From: Promethearchaeota archaeon
GTDB taxonomy: Archaea > Asgardarchaeota > Lokiarchaeia > Sigyniarchaeales > SOKP01
Assembly (NCBI GenBank): GCA_011364975.1
Contig: RDOE01000034.1
Coordinates: 1 to 35,488, forward strand
Length of the DNA stretch: 35,488 nucleotides
Reading direction: 5' to 3'
The notes below the pieces were generated by a model. It did no database searches. It was given only the letters and a program-made list of their open reading frames with translations, and was not told the DNA's origin. The position numbers were made by a program, and so were the translations under genes. Below, piece after piece: positions 27,126 through 35,488 of this stretch (position 1 is its first letter; each line of letters begins with the position of its first letter).

Positions 27126-30100
27126 TTATTCTCTTACTTTCTCGTTTATCGAATCGATGACTTTCCTTATGATCTCTGCGGGTTCATTATTTTTTTCTTT
27201 TAGAATCTTAACTTCTTTAAGGATTTTTAAATATAACTCTTGGTTTTCTGATTGTATAATCTTCCTAAGCTCGTCTTCAGCAGCATCCTTTAAACTAGCT
27301 AACTGGTAAAGGCATTCCGCACATAATTTCCCCTTTTCTAAAGACACACCACATCGTTTACATAATCCAAGCTTTCCAAAAAACAAATCTGGATATTGGG
27401 GTTTAAAATTCTGATCGAATAATTTATGGTTAAACCAGCGCTTATCCTTCTCGCCCCAAATAAGATTAGTTAAAGGATTATATTCTTCTAAGAATTTCAG
27501 GTTGCCGTAAATTGAGTTAAGCAACGGTTTGCCATCCACCAAATCGTTTAAAATAATATAATGATCAATTTCCATATATTTAAATATTAAATCAAACAGT
27601 CTTTCAAACTCATCAAGCGAGCAATCTGGTAAATGAAGGATAATCAAAAACCCATTTTCAAATCTAATTACATCTTCAAATCCATGGATGTAGAATTCCC
27701 CTTCAATTTCATGAATAAATGCTACATTAAAAAAACTAAATATCTTTATCAATTTGTCATTATACTCTAACCTTATATTTGGTATGATTATTTGCACTTT
27801 CTCAATTAGGTTTAAATTCTCTAAAGATATATAAGGCATTATTAATTCATCTTTAAGTAGGTTTTTAACAAATTCCGCTCTTTTTAAAGGGATAGTACCC
27901 CATATTGATTTAATGTCTATTGGCTTTGTACTATATATCTGTGTTAATTGCTGATATTCTTCAGAAACTTGACCTTTAAAATCCGAAATAGGTAAACTTC
28001 CAACATTAATTACCCTAGTACCCGGAATCTGAACGTTATATTTTGGATCAAATAACACTTTCTGAAAATATACTCTAAATCGGTTTGGATCTAAATCCCA
28101 TCCTTCTGAGGTTATATTAAAATTAAAATGAAGAACTTGATAAATTTTCTTAGTAAAAAATAAACAATACTCTCTAATTACTTTTTTTGATTTAGTTAAC
28201 CAATTTAAGTATGAAATAAGTCCAGGATCTCTAAATGGATATATGTAATTTATTAAGAATGAATTTGAATAATCAATCTGGGCAATATATTTTATTGAAC
28301 AGAAAGTATTTCCAAGAAGAAGTCTGAAATCTATTTTATCTAACTCAGAAGGGTACATGTATAATGAAAACATACTGTAACCAAATTTTTGAAAGAGAGG
28401 TATAAAATAAATATTCTTGATAAAATTTTTAAAAAAATATTGAGACTTTTTCTCCTTATAATCCGCTAAATTAATAATGTTATTCTCCAATTCTAAAAAG
28501 AAGATATAAATATTATTTAATTCACTATTATTCAAATCTATATTTTGTTTTTGAATCCTCTTTTCCACTTCTAAGAAAAGATCGTCAAAACTTGAATCCT
28601 CTAACCATAGAGTATATTTTTTATTAAATTCTAGCATATTAGGGGGTTCTAACTGCTCCCCTATAACATTTTTGATATATTTTAGATAATTTTCAAACAA
28701 ATCTTTGGAATAATAAAAATCTTGTTTTTCAAGATCGTAAAAATCTTTTCTAGAAAATGAATCCATCAAACCAGTCCAAAAATATCTTTTTACTAACAAA
28801 AGATCCTTCTTAAATAAATTATACAAAATTGAGATTAATTTGTTCTTTTCTTTGATATTTAAATTAGGAATTTCTATAATAAAGTAAAATTTGTCCTTAT
28901 TAAGATTTAAGTCTTTAATCCGAGCAGAAGCTAGTAATGGAAAGCGAAATTTGATTTTATCACAAATTGTTTTCATTCTTTCTATATTCTTAAAAATCAC
29001 TAATAATGAATAGCTTATATATGGTCTGAGTATAGTTCCAATTAAATTAGGAATTATCACTGAAGAATTAGAAAATTTATCTAATCTGTCTTCAATTACT
29101 TTGTTTGTAATTTGGTAAGTTCTTATACTTTCATAGTATTTATTTAATTTATGCTCTTTATTTGAGTAAATTTTCTCTATTAATGATTTATCTTCTACTA
29201 ATGATTTTATATCTCTTATATTAAATATTTTTAAATCACTACAAGATTGAAAAATGTTAAAAAAATGCTGAATTTTCTCAATATTATTTCTAAATTCTTT
29301 TTTTGAGCTGAAGAATAACGAAATATTAGAATTCAAGAATGCTTCATCGAATATTTTAAGATTATATATGATATTATCTTCTATTTTATTTGAAAATCCG
29401 TGGTTCTTGATAAAGTCTCGAAATTGATACTCATTCTTAATGTTTGGATGTTTATTTAACACTTTTTCAATCAATTTAAGAGCGGTAAAATAATAATTCA
29501 ATTTCTCTTTTACCATAAAAAAGCTAGTGTTTTGATTTATTTCTAGGAAATCGATAATTTCATCCGGGAGATTTTTATTATTTAGTATTTTCAGATTCGT
29601 TCTTAAATTTGAAATAAGATTTCTTTGACTGTATATTTCATTAAGAAGGTCAGATTTTAAAACATTTAATGAATCCAATCTTCTTTCAAACCCAAACCCA
29701 GTAATCGAAAAATATCTAATCCGATCTATTAATAACCAATCCAAAAGTGATAATGATGAAATAGTTTGTTTATCTCCATATTCCATATATAGTTCGATTT
29801 CATAATTTTTATCATAATCATTTAAAAATGGTGATATTAAACAATGGTTTCTATATTTTTTTCGATGATAGTTCAAATTCATAAAATAGTAAAAATTTTC
29901 TATGTTAAAAAGGAAATATTTGATAATATAACCATCTTGTTTTAAATTATATATAGTCTTTTTTAAATCCTCTAAATATATGTGAGGTATCACAAAATAG
30001 CAGTAGAGTTCATAACCAAAATGTGTTCTAGAGTCTCTTGGAGAGACTAAAAAAGGTAGTTGATTTATTATTTTTTGGATATCATAATTTCTCAATTTAG

Positions 30101-30983
30101 GATTAAATATAAAAAGGGTAAATATGTTTTTAATACCGAGAGAAATCCAATTGATTTTGTATGCGGGACTAATTTCAGTGAAATCTTTTATCCATTGCAT
30201 GCTTTCTGAAAACTTTCTCAAGCTTAGAGATGATTTAATTGTGCCATTTTGAATAAATTCTTTAAAATAAGACTTATAATCTAAAAAAGCCCTATATTTT
30301 TTAACTTTAGAAAAAATAAAAACCGCAATCCTTATTGCCTCGATTATTTCATCTTCAAAGAGATAATTATTACTTTTTAGATGATAATCTAGATAGAATT
30401 TGTCATAAAATTCCTCAATTGAAAATGTTAATATTTCTTCTCCATATCTTCTGACATATTTAAGGAAATAATGAAATGGACTTTGAAATTCTTCAGTACT
30501 ACCTCTTCTTAAAAACTTATCTAATCGATCAAAACTCGTAGATAAAAAATCATAATTAATGATTTTATTTCTCATTAATTTCTTCCAATCTATCATACTA
30601 GAATGTCTCTCTAAATCAATCTCCACTTTTTGACGAATGAAGTTACTAACAATATCGCTGTTCCTTATCTTTTTAGATATAAAACAATTATAGGCTTCTC
30701 TCACTAAAATCATAGGTATGAATTTTTCAAAATCCTTCAACAATAAGATCATTAGGGTAAATCCATCATAAAATCTATGAACTCCTATATTATTTATATA
30801 AGTATCTTCTATTCTGATTGTTTCTTTTTGCTCTTCAAATACAAATTTTACATTTTCTTCAATAATGTCCAATTTATAAATAAAGCTTATTTCTTGGATT
30901 AATTCATTAAAAATCTGGTTAATTTTTGGAATTATTAAGTCTGTAGGGGTTTCCAGTAATAACTTTAAGGTTTTTATTATCAT
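27126..30983 (-). CDS. Giant (1285 aa) hypothetical protein with repeated Lrp/AsnC-like modules and a C-terminal Zn ribbon
   Basis: Long intact ORF; repeated wing-then-hydrophobic beta/alpha patterns (PAYKINWISLGI, YFIPLFQKFGY, LIMPYISLENLNL); C-terminal CKRC-X9-CAEC. The domain call is by eye. Confidence 0.6.
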   Translation of the reverse strand: MIIKTLKLLLETPTDLIIPKINQIFNELIQEISFIYKLDIIEENVKFVFEEQKETIRIEDTYINNIGVHRFYDGFTLMILLLKDFEKFIPMILVREAYNCFISKKIRNSDIVSNFIRQKVEIDLERHSSMIDWKKLMRNKIINYDFLSTSFDRLDKFLRRGSTEEFQSPFHYFLKYVRRYGEEILTFSIEEFYDKFYLDYHLKSNNYLFEDEIIEAIRIAVFIFSKVKKYRAFLDYKSYFKEFIQNGTIKSSLSLRKFSESMQWIKDFTEISPAYKINWISLGIKNIFTLFIFNPKLRNYDIQKIINQLPFLVSPRDSRTHFGYELYCYFVIPHIYLEDLKKTIYNLKQDGYIIKYFLFNIENFYYFMNLNYHRKKYRNHCLISPFLNDYDKNYEIELYMEYGDKQTISSLSLLDWLLIDRIRYFSITGFGFERRLDSLNVLKSDLLNEIYSQRNLISNLRTNLKILNNKNLPDEIIDFLEINQNTSFFMVKEKLNYYFTALKLIEKVLNKHPNIKNEYQFRDFIKNHGFSNKIEDNIIYNLKIFDEAFLNSNISLFFSSKKEFRNNIEKIQHFFNIFQSCSDLKIFNIRDIKSLVEDKSLIEKIYSNKEHKLNKYYESIRTYQITNKVIEDRLDKFSNSSVIIPNLIGTILRPYISYSLLVIFKNIERMKTICDKIKFRFPLLASARIKDLNLNKDKFYFIIEIPNLNIKEKNKLISILYNLFKKDLLLVKRYFWTGLMDSFSRKDFYDLEKQDFYYSKDLFENYLKYIKNVIGEQLEPPNMLEFNKKYTLWLEDSSFDDLFLEVEKRIQKQNIDLNNSELNNIYIFFLELENNIINLADYKEKKSQYFFKNFIKNIYFIPLFQKFGYSMFSLYMYPSELDKIDFRLLLGNTFCSIKYIAQIDYSNSFLINYIYPFRDPGLISYLNWLTKSKKVIREYCLFFTKKIYQVLHFNFNITSEGWDLDPNRFRVYFQKVLFDPKYNVQIPGTRVINVGSLPISDFKGQVSEEYQQLTQIYSTKPIDIKSIWGTIPLKRAEFVKNLLKDELIMPYISLENLNLIEKVQIIIPNIRLEYNDKLIKIFSFFNVAFIHEIEGEFYIHGFEDVIRFENGFLIILHLPDCSLDEFERLFDLIFKYMEIDHYIILNDLVDGKPLLNSIYGNLKFLEEYNPLTNLIWGEKDKRWFNHKLFDQNFKPQYPDLFFGKLGLCKRCGVSLEKGKLCAECLYQLASLKDAAEDELRKIIQSENQELYLKILKEVKILKEKNNEPAEIIRKVIDSINEKVRE

Positions 30984-31364
30984 CTAAACAATTACTAATG
31001 TTCTAAAATATTATTCATATTAATAAATAGAGATTTCATAATAAAATTTTATAGGTTATAACCAGTATTAAATCTTTATAGGTTTTAGATTCTTTGGTAT
31101 TAAATTTGAAAATACATTAAATAGATTAAATTATACTCAGAGTAATTCAGAAAGAGAAAAATATAAGCTTAGAGCAGACGTTCAGTCTGCACTAGCTGAA
31201 TTAAAGGGGAATAACATCTGCACTTCCAGGCATTATAATCACTTCAACCATTTGTCCCTTATTAATTACAAATTATGCTTTTAAACTCCGAAGACTTTTT
31301 TTATTGTTATTTATAAGATTCTGTTTCAAATTTATGGTATCATATCAAATTATACTTTTTCAAA

Positions 31365-32732
31365 GTGTATGAGTTTATGGAAACAACGTCAATCAAAATA
31401 AAGGAACAGGTATTAATCGGAGATATAAACTTTCGAATTAAGGTTTTTTTAATTTCATTTTTTATGATATATTTTGGAACCTCAGTGATTGATGCCTACT
31501 TTTTGATTTATCTCCCTTTACTTTATTTCAGTATTTTGGAGATTAGTGTAAACTTGCTCACTATCATTCAATATGGAATCTATAGTACATTACTGTTTCT
31601 ACCCATCAGTGGATTAATTTTTGATAAATATATTCGAAGAGGACATTTGACATTAGTTTCTCTTATCTGCATTTTAATCGCGATTAGCTTTTTCTGCTTT
31701 TCTTTTTACAGTGGAAATTTAGTAATATACATTTTGTTCTCAATCATATATTTCATTTCCCAGGCTTTACTTCGAGGATGTATGAGTAATTTTTATTTTA
31801 AAGCTCTGTCAAAAATGCCAGAAAAAAAATTTCAGAACAGCTTTTTAGTAGTTGCGAATTCAAGTTCAATTACCGCATATTTATTTATAGTGATTATATT
31901 CAATATAGTAATCAGAAATTTCTATGATTTGTCAGAATGGAATCGTTTTCTTATAATTGGGAGCATAATTGTTCTAACTATTATGCTCGGGCCGATATTT
32001 TTAAAATTTACAAATCTTAAAGAATTTTTTAATAATAGAGCATTCGATAAAGAAATAAGAAAAGCTCAAAAAGAGAATTTAAACCATTTAAAAACAGCAT
32101 CATTTAATAAAAAAATCTTTATTCCTATGTTATTAATATACTTAACGGGATTCTTATCATCGAGCGACCAGTTATATTCATACACATTCTCATCATGGAT
32201 TCTTATAGAATTTGGTGATAATAATTTCAAGATATTTACGACATTATACTCAACATTTCAAATATTAATTTTAATTGGGTATCTTGTCTTTCAGAGGTTA
32301 TTAAATAATAAACTGAAAAGTCTTGAAACAAAATTCATCTCGTTTTACGAAAGGGAAAAAATTTATAATACATTTCGGAAGCAAATCTTAATTTTAAGCA
32401 CTCTAAGCTTTTGTATATTATATTTAACATTCACTACAGTAGACTTTTTTCCGTTTATAGTCTGTTATGCTATATTTAACTTTCTAGCAGGAATCTATAA
32501 TATATCTTTAACAAATTTTAATATAGATTTTTCTCAAAGGCTAAAAAATAAAGCATTTTTTTATCTATTAACTGGAACATCCATTTCTTTAGCTCAATTT
32601 ATTTTTAAACCGCTTGGTATTTTATTAACAAAAACCTTAAAAGTTGAGGGTTTAATGATGATTACATGCGCCCTCACGCTGATATCAATTATTCCACTCT
32701 TATATTCCAAATTACCTACTCAACAAAGTTAA
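31365..32732 (+). CDS. MFS-type transporter (divergent)
   Basis: About 12 TM segments in two bundles separated by a charged loop; motif-A-like PISGLIFDKYIRRG. Confidence 0.75.
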   Translation: MYEFMETTSIKIKEQVLIGDINFRIKVFLISFFMIYFGTSVIDAYFLIYLPLLYFSILEISVNLLTIIQYGIYSTLLFLPISGLIFDKYIRRGHLTLVSLICILIAISFFCFSFYSGNLVIYILFSIIYFISQALLRGCMSNFYFKALSKMPEKKFQNSFLVVANSSSITAYLFIVIIFNIVIRNFYDLSEWNRFLIIGSIIVLTIMLGPIFLKFTNLKEFFNNRAFDKEIRKAQKENLNHLKTASFNKKIFIPMLLIYLTGFLSSSDQLYSYTFSSWILIEFGDNNFKIFTTLYSTFQILILIGYLVFQRLLNNKLKSLETKFISFYEREKIYNTFRKQILILSTLSFCILYLTFTTVDFFPFIVCYAIFNFLAGIYNISLTNFNIDFSQRLKNKAFFYLLTGTSISLAQFIFKPLGILLTKTLKVEGLMMITCALTLISIIPLLYSKLPTQQS

Positions 32733-32861
32733 TAAATCTAAATCTTAGTATTCCTTGTACTTTTTAAAGAAAGGATTAGATTATTGACCATATTAATTCA
32801 AAATTAATAAATTGCTAAAATTTTATTTTTCATTATAAGGGAAATTATCTTTGTGATAAGG

Positions 32862-33362
32862 ATGTTAAAAAGATTAATAATTTTTATTGACCATGCGAAT
32901 TTTTTCCATAATTTGGAAAAACATCACATTAGAATTAATTATGCAAAGTTTAAAGAATTTTTAAGTAATAAATTTCATTTAGTGGGAGCTTTTATATACA
33001 TGGGGTTCCCTCCAGAACTGTATCCTAAAAAAAGGAGATTTATTAAGTATCTTGATGCCCAAGGATTTGTGATTCAATCTAAAGAGATAAAAGTCTCTCC
33101 TAATGGGAAAAAAGCCCAGAAAGGTGTAGATATTTATATTTATCGAGACATTGTGGAGTTGGCTGAAGAAGATTCATATGATAAAGCAATTCTTGTCTCG
33201 GGAGATTCCGATTTTGTTGATATTATTAAAAGGCTTCAGGAGTTGAAGAAAGATTATGAGATTTGGGGCTTTCGAGAGTCAATTTCAAATCAGTTAATCA
33301 GAATTGCTGGCGATTTTAAAGTTCATTATATTGAGGACATATTACCCGAAATTAAAATATGA
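32862..33362 (+). CDS. NYN domain (LabA/DUF88, PIN-like) ribonuclease
   Basis: IFIDHANFF, QKGVDI, ILVSGDSDFV acidic catalytic motifs. ATG at 32862 is preferred to the GTG at 32853. Confidence 0.9.
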   Translation: MLKRLIIFIDHANFFHNLEKHHIRINYAKFKEFLSNKFHLVGAFIYMGFPPELYPKKRRFIKYLDAQGFVIQSKEIKVSPNGKKAQKGVDIYIYRDIVELAEEDSYDKAILVSGDSDFVDIIKRLQELKKDYEIWGFRESISNQLIRIAGDFKVHYIEDILPEIKI

Positions 33363-33420
33363 AATTAAAGGGCTTTAAATACTTAGACGCAGATAGATTA
33401 GTACTGTGTATCTCCCCTTA

Positions 33421-33518
33421 CCCCAAAAAGAGAGGATTGAGGGCTACTTAACATTCAATTCGAAAAAATAAACACTTTTTCTCTAAACAACTTCTCTTTC
33501 CTCTCACTTTTTTTGGGG
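33421..33518. repeat. Imperfect inverted repeat closing a multi-stem structure
   Basis: CCCCAAAAA (33421-33429) pairs with TTTTTGGGG (33510-33518), and GAGAGGA (33430-33436) pairs with TCCTCTC (33499-33505). Confidence 0.6.
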
Positions 33519-33693
33519 AATCTTAAAGTAAAATTTAAGAGTTGTAATTTTCTTTATTTCCGTTTATTTCATAAGTTTTAAGGAGAAAATAAATATGACT
33601 TAATTCAAAAAACCAAATTTTTAATTTAAAATAAAATTAGACTACACATACTTATTGAATAAGAGTTCAAATTAATTATTAGGAGATTATGAA

Positions 33694-35148
33694 ATGGCAA
33701 GACCGAGTCCGTTAGAGATATATACGTTGCTCGATAAAAGCAATTGCAAGGACTGCGGAAGAGACACCTGTATGGCATTTGCAACAGATATCCTTGAACG
33801 TAAGGTTAAAGTGCAAGACTGTACCCATCTAATGCAGGAGCCCAAACAAGCTAAAAATCGTGAAAAATTGATAACACTTGTTACTCCACCACAAAGACCG
33901 GTAACTATAGGAGTTGGAGAAAGAACTTGTGTAATTGGTGGAGAAGAGATTCTTATGCGCCATCAATTGACATTTTACAACGAAACTGCGATTTTTATTG
34001 AAATTGCAGATGATGATCCCGATTTGGAGGAAACTGCTAAATATTTAACCGATCTGAAGGTTGAACGAATTGGTGATGTACTTCAAGTAAATGGAATAGC
34101 TTTAAGATGTGTTTCAGGTGAAATGGAACAGTTCAAGTTAGCTGCAAAGAAGTTGAGTGAAGCATCGAGCTTACCTATTATGTTAACTTGCTTGAATCCT
34201 GAGATTTTACTTTCCGCCGCGGAAGAGATCAAGACTAAAAAACCGTTACTCTACGCATTAACTAAAGAGAATTGGGAACAGATTGGTAAGTTCGCCGTAG
34301 AGAATTCTTTACCCGTAGTAGCAGTTTCGAGCAATCTGGATGAATTAATGTCTCTTAGCGCCACATTGCAAAAACTTGGAGTGAAAGAATTAGTATTAGA
34401 TGCAGGAACCTTTTTTGGTCCCGGTAAACTCGCGGTTACATATGATAACATAATGCAATTACGTACAGCTGCAATCGATAAAGAGAATAAGAATGCAGGT
34501 TGGCCTGTAATGGGAGTACCAGCTGCATATTGGAGTCAAACTAAAATTGGAGATGATAAAGAACTATGGCTAGCCCAATACCAAGAATTAATAATGGGGG
34601 CTATCATGGAATCAATTGATACGAACTTAATTGTATTACATACCGGTCAAAAGAAAGAAGAAATATGGGCGCTATTAGCATTAATGACTTTACGACAGAG
34701 TGTTTTTAGTGATCCTCGAGTATATCCTGCAGTTGATCCGGGATTATATGAGATTGGAGAACCAAATGACATGTCGCCTGTATTTGTAACTAGCAATTAC
34801 AGATTAACGAAGATTCCCGTCGAAATAGATATTAAAGGAGCCAATCTTAACGCTTATTTATTGGTTGTAGACAGTGAGGGTATCGGAATTGAGAGCGCTG
34901 TCGCTGGTGGGCAATTTAATGCAGGAGCCATCGCTGAAGCTGTAAAAGAATTCAAAGTCTTTGACAAAGTTAAGCATAGAATTCTTATAATTCCAGGAAT
35001 GGCTGCAAGATTAAGTGGAGCATTAGAAGATGAGGCAGATGCATTTGTTGTTGTCGGTCCACGAGATAGTTCTGGTATTGGCAAATATGTTAAGGAACAA
35101 TGGAAACCAGAAGAATTTATGAAGCAATATGAAGATATGAAAGAATAA
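33694..35148 (+). CDS. cdhE: Acetyl-CoA decarbonylase/synthase gamma subunit (corrinoid Fe-S protein large subunit)
   Basis: N-terminal Fe-S motif NCKDCGRDTCMAFA..C, IGGEEILMRH, LRQSVFSDP, SPVFVTSNYRLT, AVAGGQF, KHRILIIPGMAARLSG, VGPRDSSGI; AGGAGA SD upstream. Confidence 0.95.
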   Translation: MARPSPLEIYTLLDKSNCKDCGRDTCMAFATDILERKVKVQDCTHLMQEPKQAKNREKLITLVTPPQRPVTIGVGERTCVIGGEEILMRHQLTFYNETAIFIEIADDDPDLEETAKYLTDLKVERIGDVLQVNGIALRCVSGEMEQFKLAAKKLSEASSLPIMLTCLNPEILLSAAEEIKTKKPLLYALTKENWEQIGKFAVENSLPVVAVSSNLDELMSLSATLQKLGVKELVLDAGTFFGPGKLAVTYDNIMQLRTAAIDKENKNAGWPVMGVPAAYWSQTKIGDDKELWLAQYQELIMGAIMESIDTNLIVLHTGQKKEEIWALLALMTLRQSVFSDPRVYPAVDPGLYEIGEPNDMSPVFVTSNYRLTKIPVEIDIKGANLNAYLLVVDSEGIGIESAVAGGQFNAGAIAEAVKEFKVFDKVKHRILIIPGMAARLSGALEDEADAFVVVGPRDSSGIGKYVKEQWKPEEFMKQYEDMKE

Positions 35149-35154
35149 GCAAAC

Positions 35155-35183
35155 CTCTCTTTTTTTACTTTTTTTATTTTTTT
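35155..35183 (+). terminator. Oligo-T archaeal terminator after cdhE
   Basis: CTCTCTTTTTTTACTTTTTTTATTTTTTT immediately after the stop codon. Confidence 0.65.
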
Positions 35184-35323
35184 AGATGAGTTCAGTTTTA
35201 CTTGAAGAGACCTAAAACATAAATAACAAATATGATAATTTCCAAATTTAAATGTGAAACCATTTTCTTATTTAAATCATGTCTTTAACATCGAGATAAA
35301 AAGACGATGAAATATAAAAGGAT

Positions 35324-35351
35324 AAAAAAAAAAAGGAAAAAAGGTAAAAAA
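35324..35351 (-). terminator. Oligo-T terminator for the minus-strand gene at the right edge
   Basis: Long A tracts on the plus strand (T tracts on minus) 20-50 nt downstream of the stop at 35373. Confidence 0.5.
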
Positions 35352-35372
35352 CTTTGAAAGTTAGATATAAAT

Positions 35373-35488
35373 TTATCTTTTAATTATTGTTCTCTTTTTA
35401 GATGTTGTTTTCAATAAGTAGATGATAATAATCGCGGAAACGCTTCCAATTACGAATAGATTTGGACCAGGTATTCTTCCATTTGTTG
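35373..35488 (-). CDS. 3' end of a surface protein with a Loki-CTERM/PGF-CTERM-like sorting signal
   Basis: Manual translation ...TNGRIPGPNLFVIGSVSAIIIIYLLKTTSKKRTIIKR*: IPG motif, then a TM helix, then a basic tail. Confidence 0.65.
   Translation of the reverse strand, partial: TNGRIPGPNLFVIGSVSAIIIIYLLKTTSKKRTIIKR

Noticed and set aside
465-35084. Short track ORFs overlapping larger genes (465..770, 2714..3178, 3073..3255, 4494..4679, 4748..4960, 7286..7501, 11233..11520, 12854..13120, 14024..14209, 14766..15050, 16406..16627, 22231..22497, 22857..23057, 23595..23819, 24343..24621, 34251..34451, 34854..35084)
   Set aside because: They are antisense or alternate-frame shadows of well-supported genes, with no motifs; this is expected from codon bias.
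1-35488. CRISPR arrays, tRNA/rRNA genes, integrases or transposases
   Set aside because: No regularly spaced repeats, cloverleaf/T-loop motifs, long GC-rich RNA-like tracts or recombinase motifs were seen by eye; a tRNAscan-SE/Infernal run would be needed to exclude small RNAs.

Overview
A strongly AT-rich archaeal chromosomal window, most consistent with an Asgard archaeon of the Lokiarchaeia. This is inferred from the archaeal TFB/Gar1/ArcS/RaSEA/TrmY/eS26 genes, Roadblock-domain proteins, tandem Lrp/AsnC regulators, a Wood-Ljungdahl CdhE and a Loki-CTERM-like sorting tail. Content is mostly housekeeping and metabolic: flavin oxidoreductases, ahcY, an arcS-raSEA-gar1-tfb run, two Roadblock-like genes, an ABC exporter, trmY, a CDP-alcohol phosphatidyltransferase, mobB, an AIR-synthase-family protein, an NDP-forming acyl-CoA synthetase alpha subunit, an MFS transporter, a NYN nuclease and cdhE. 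The ORF track misses a complete ribosomal protein eS26 gene (17095..17367) that has no ATG/GTG/TTG start and appears to initiate at ATT; tfb may do the same. Two genes are interrupted: a DEDDh exonuclease split at a TCC-TGA-T +1 junction, and a ~639-codon hypothetical gene broken by a single in-frame TAA. The main novelty candidates are ATT initiation of information-processing genes, a Nob1-like PIN-plus-solenoid protein abutting eS26, a 1285-aa multi-Lrp-module protein, and several structured intergenic elements, notably one right after the NYN nuclease. No rRNA, tRNA, CRISPR array or intact mobile element was recognised. All calls are by eye, without database searches.
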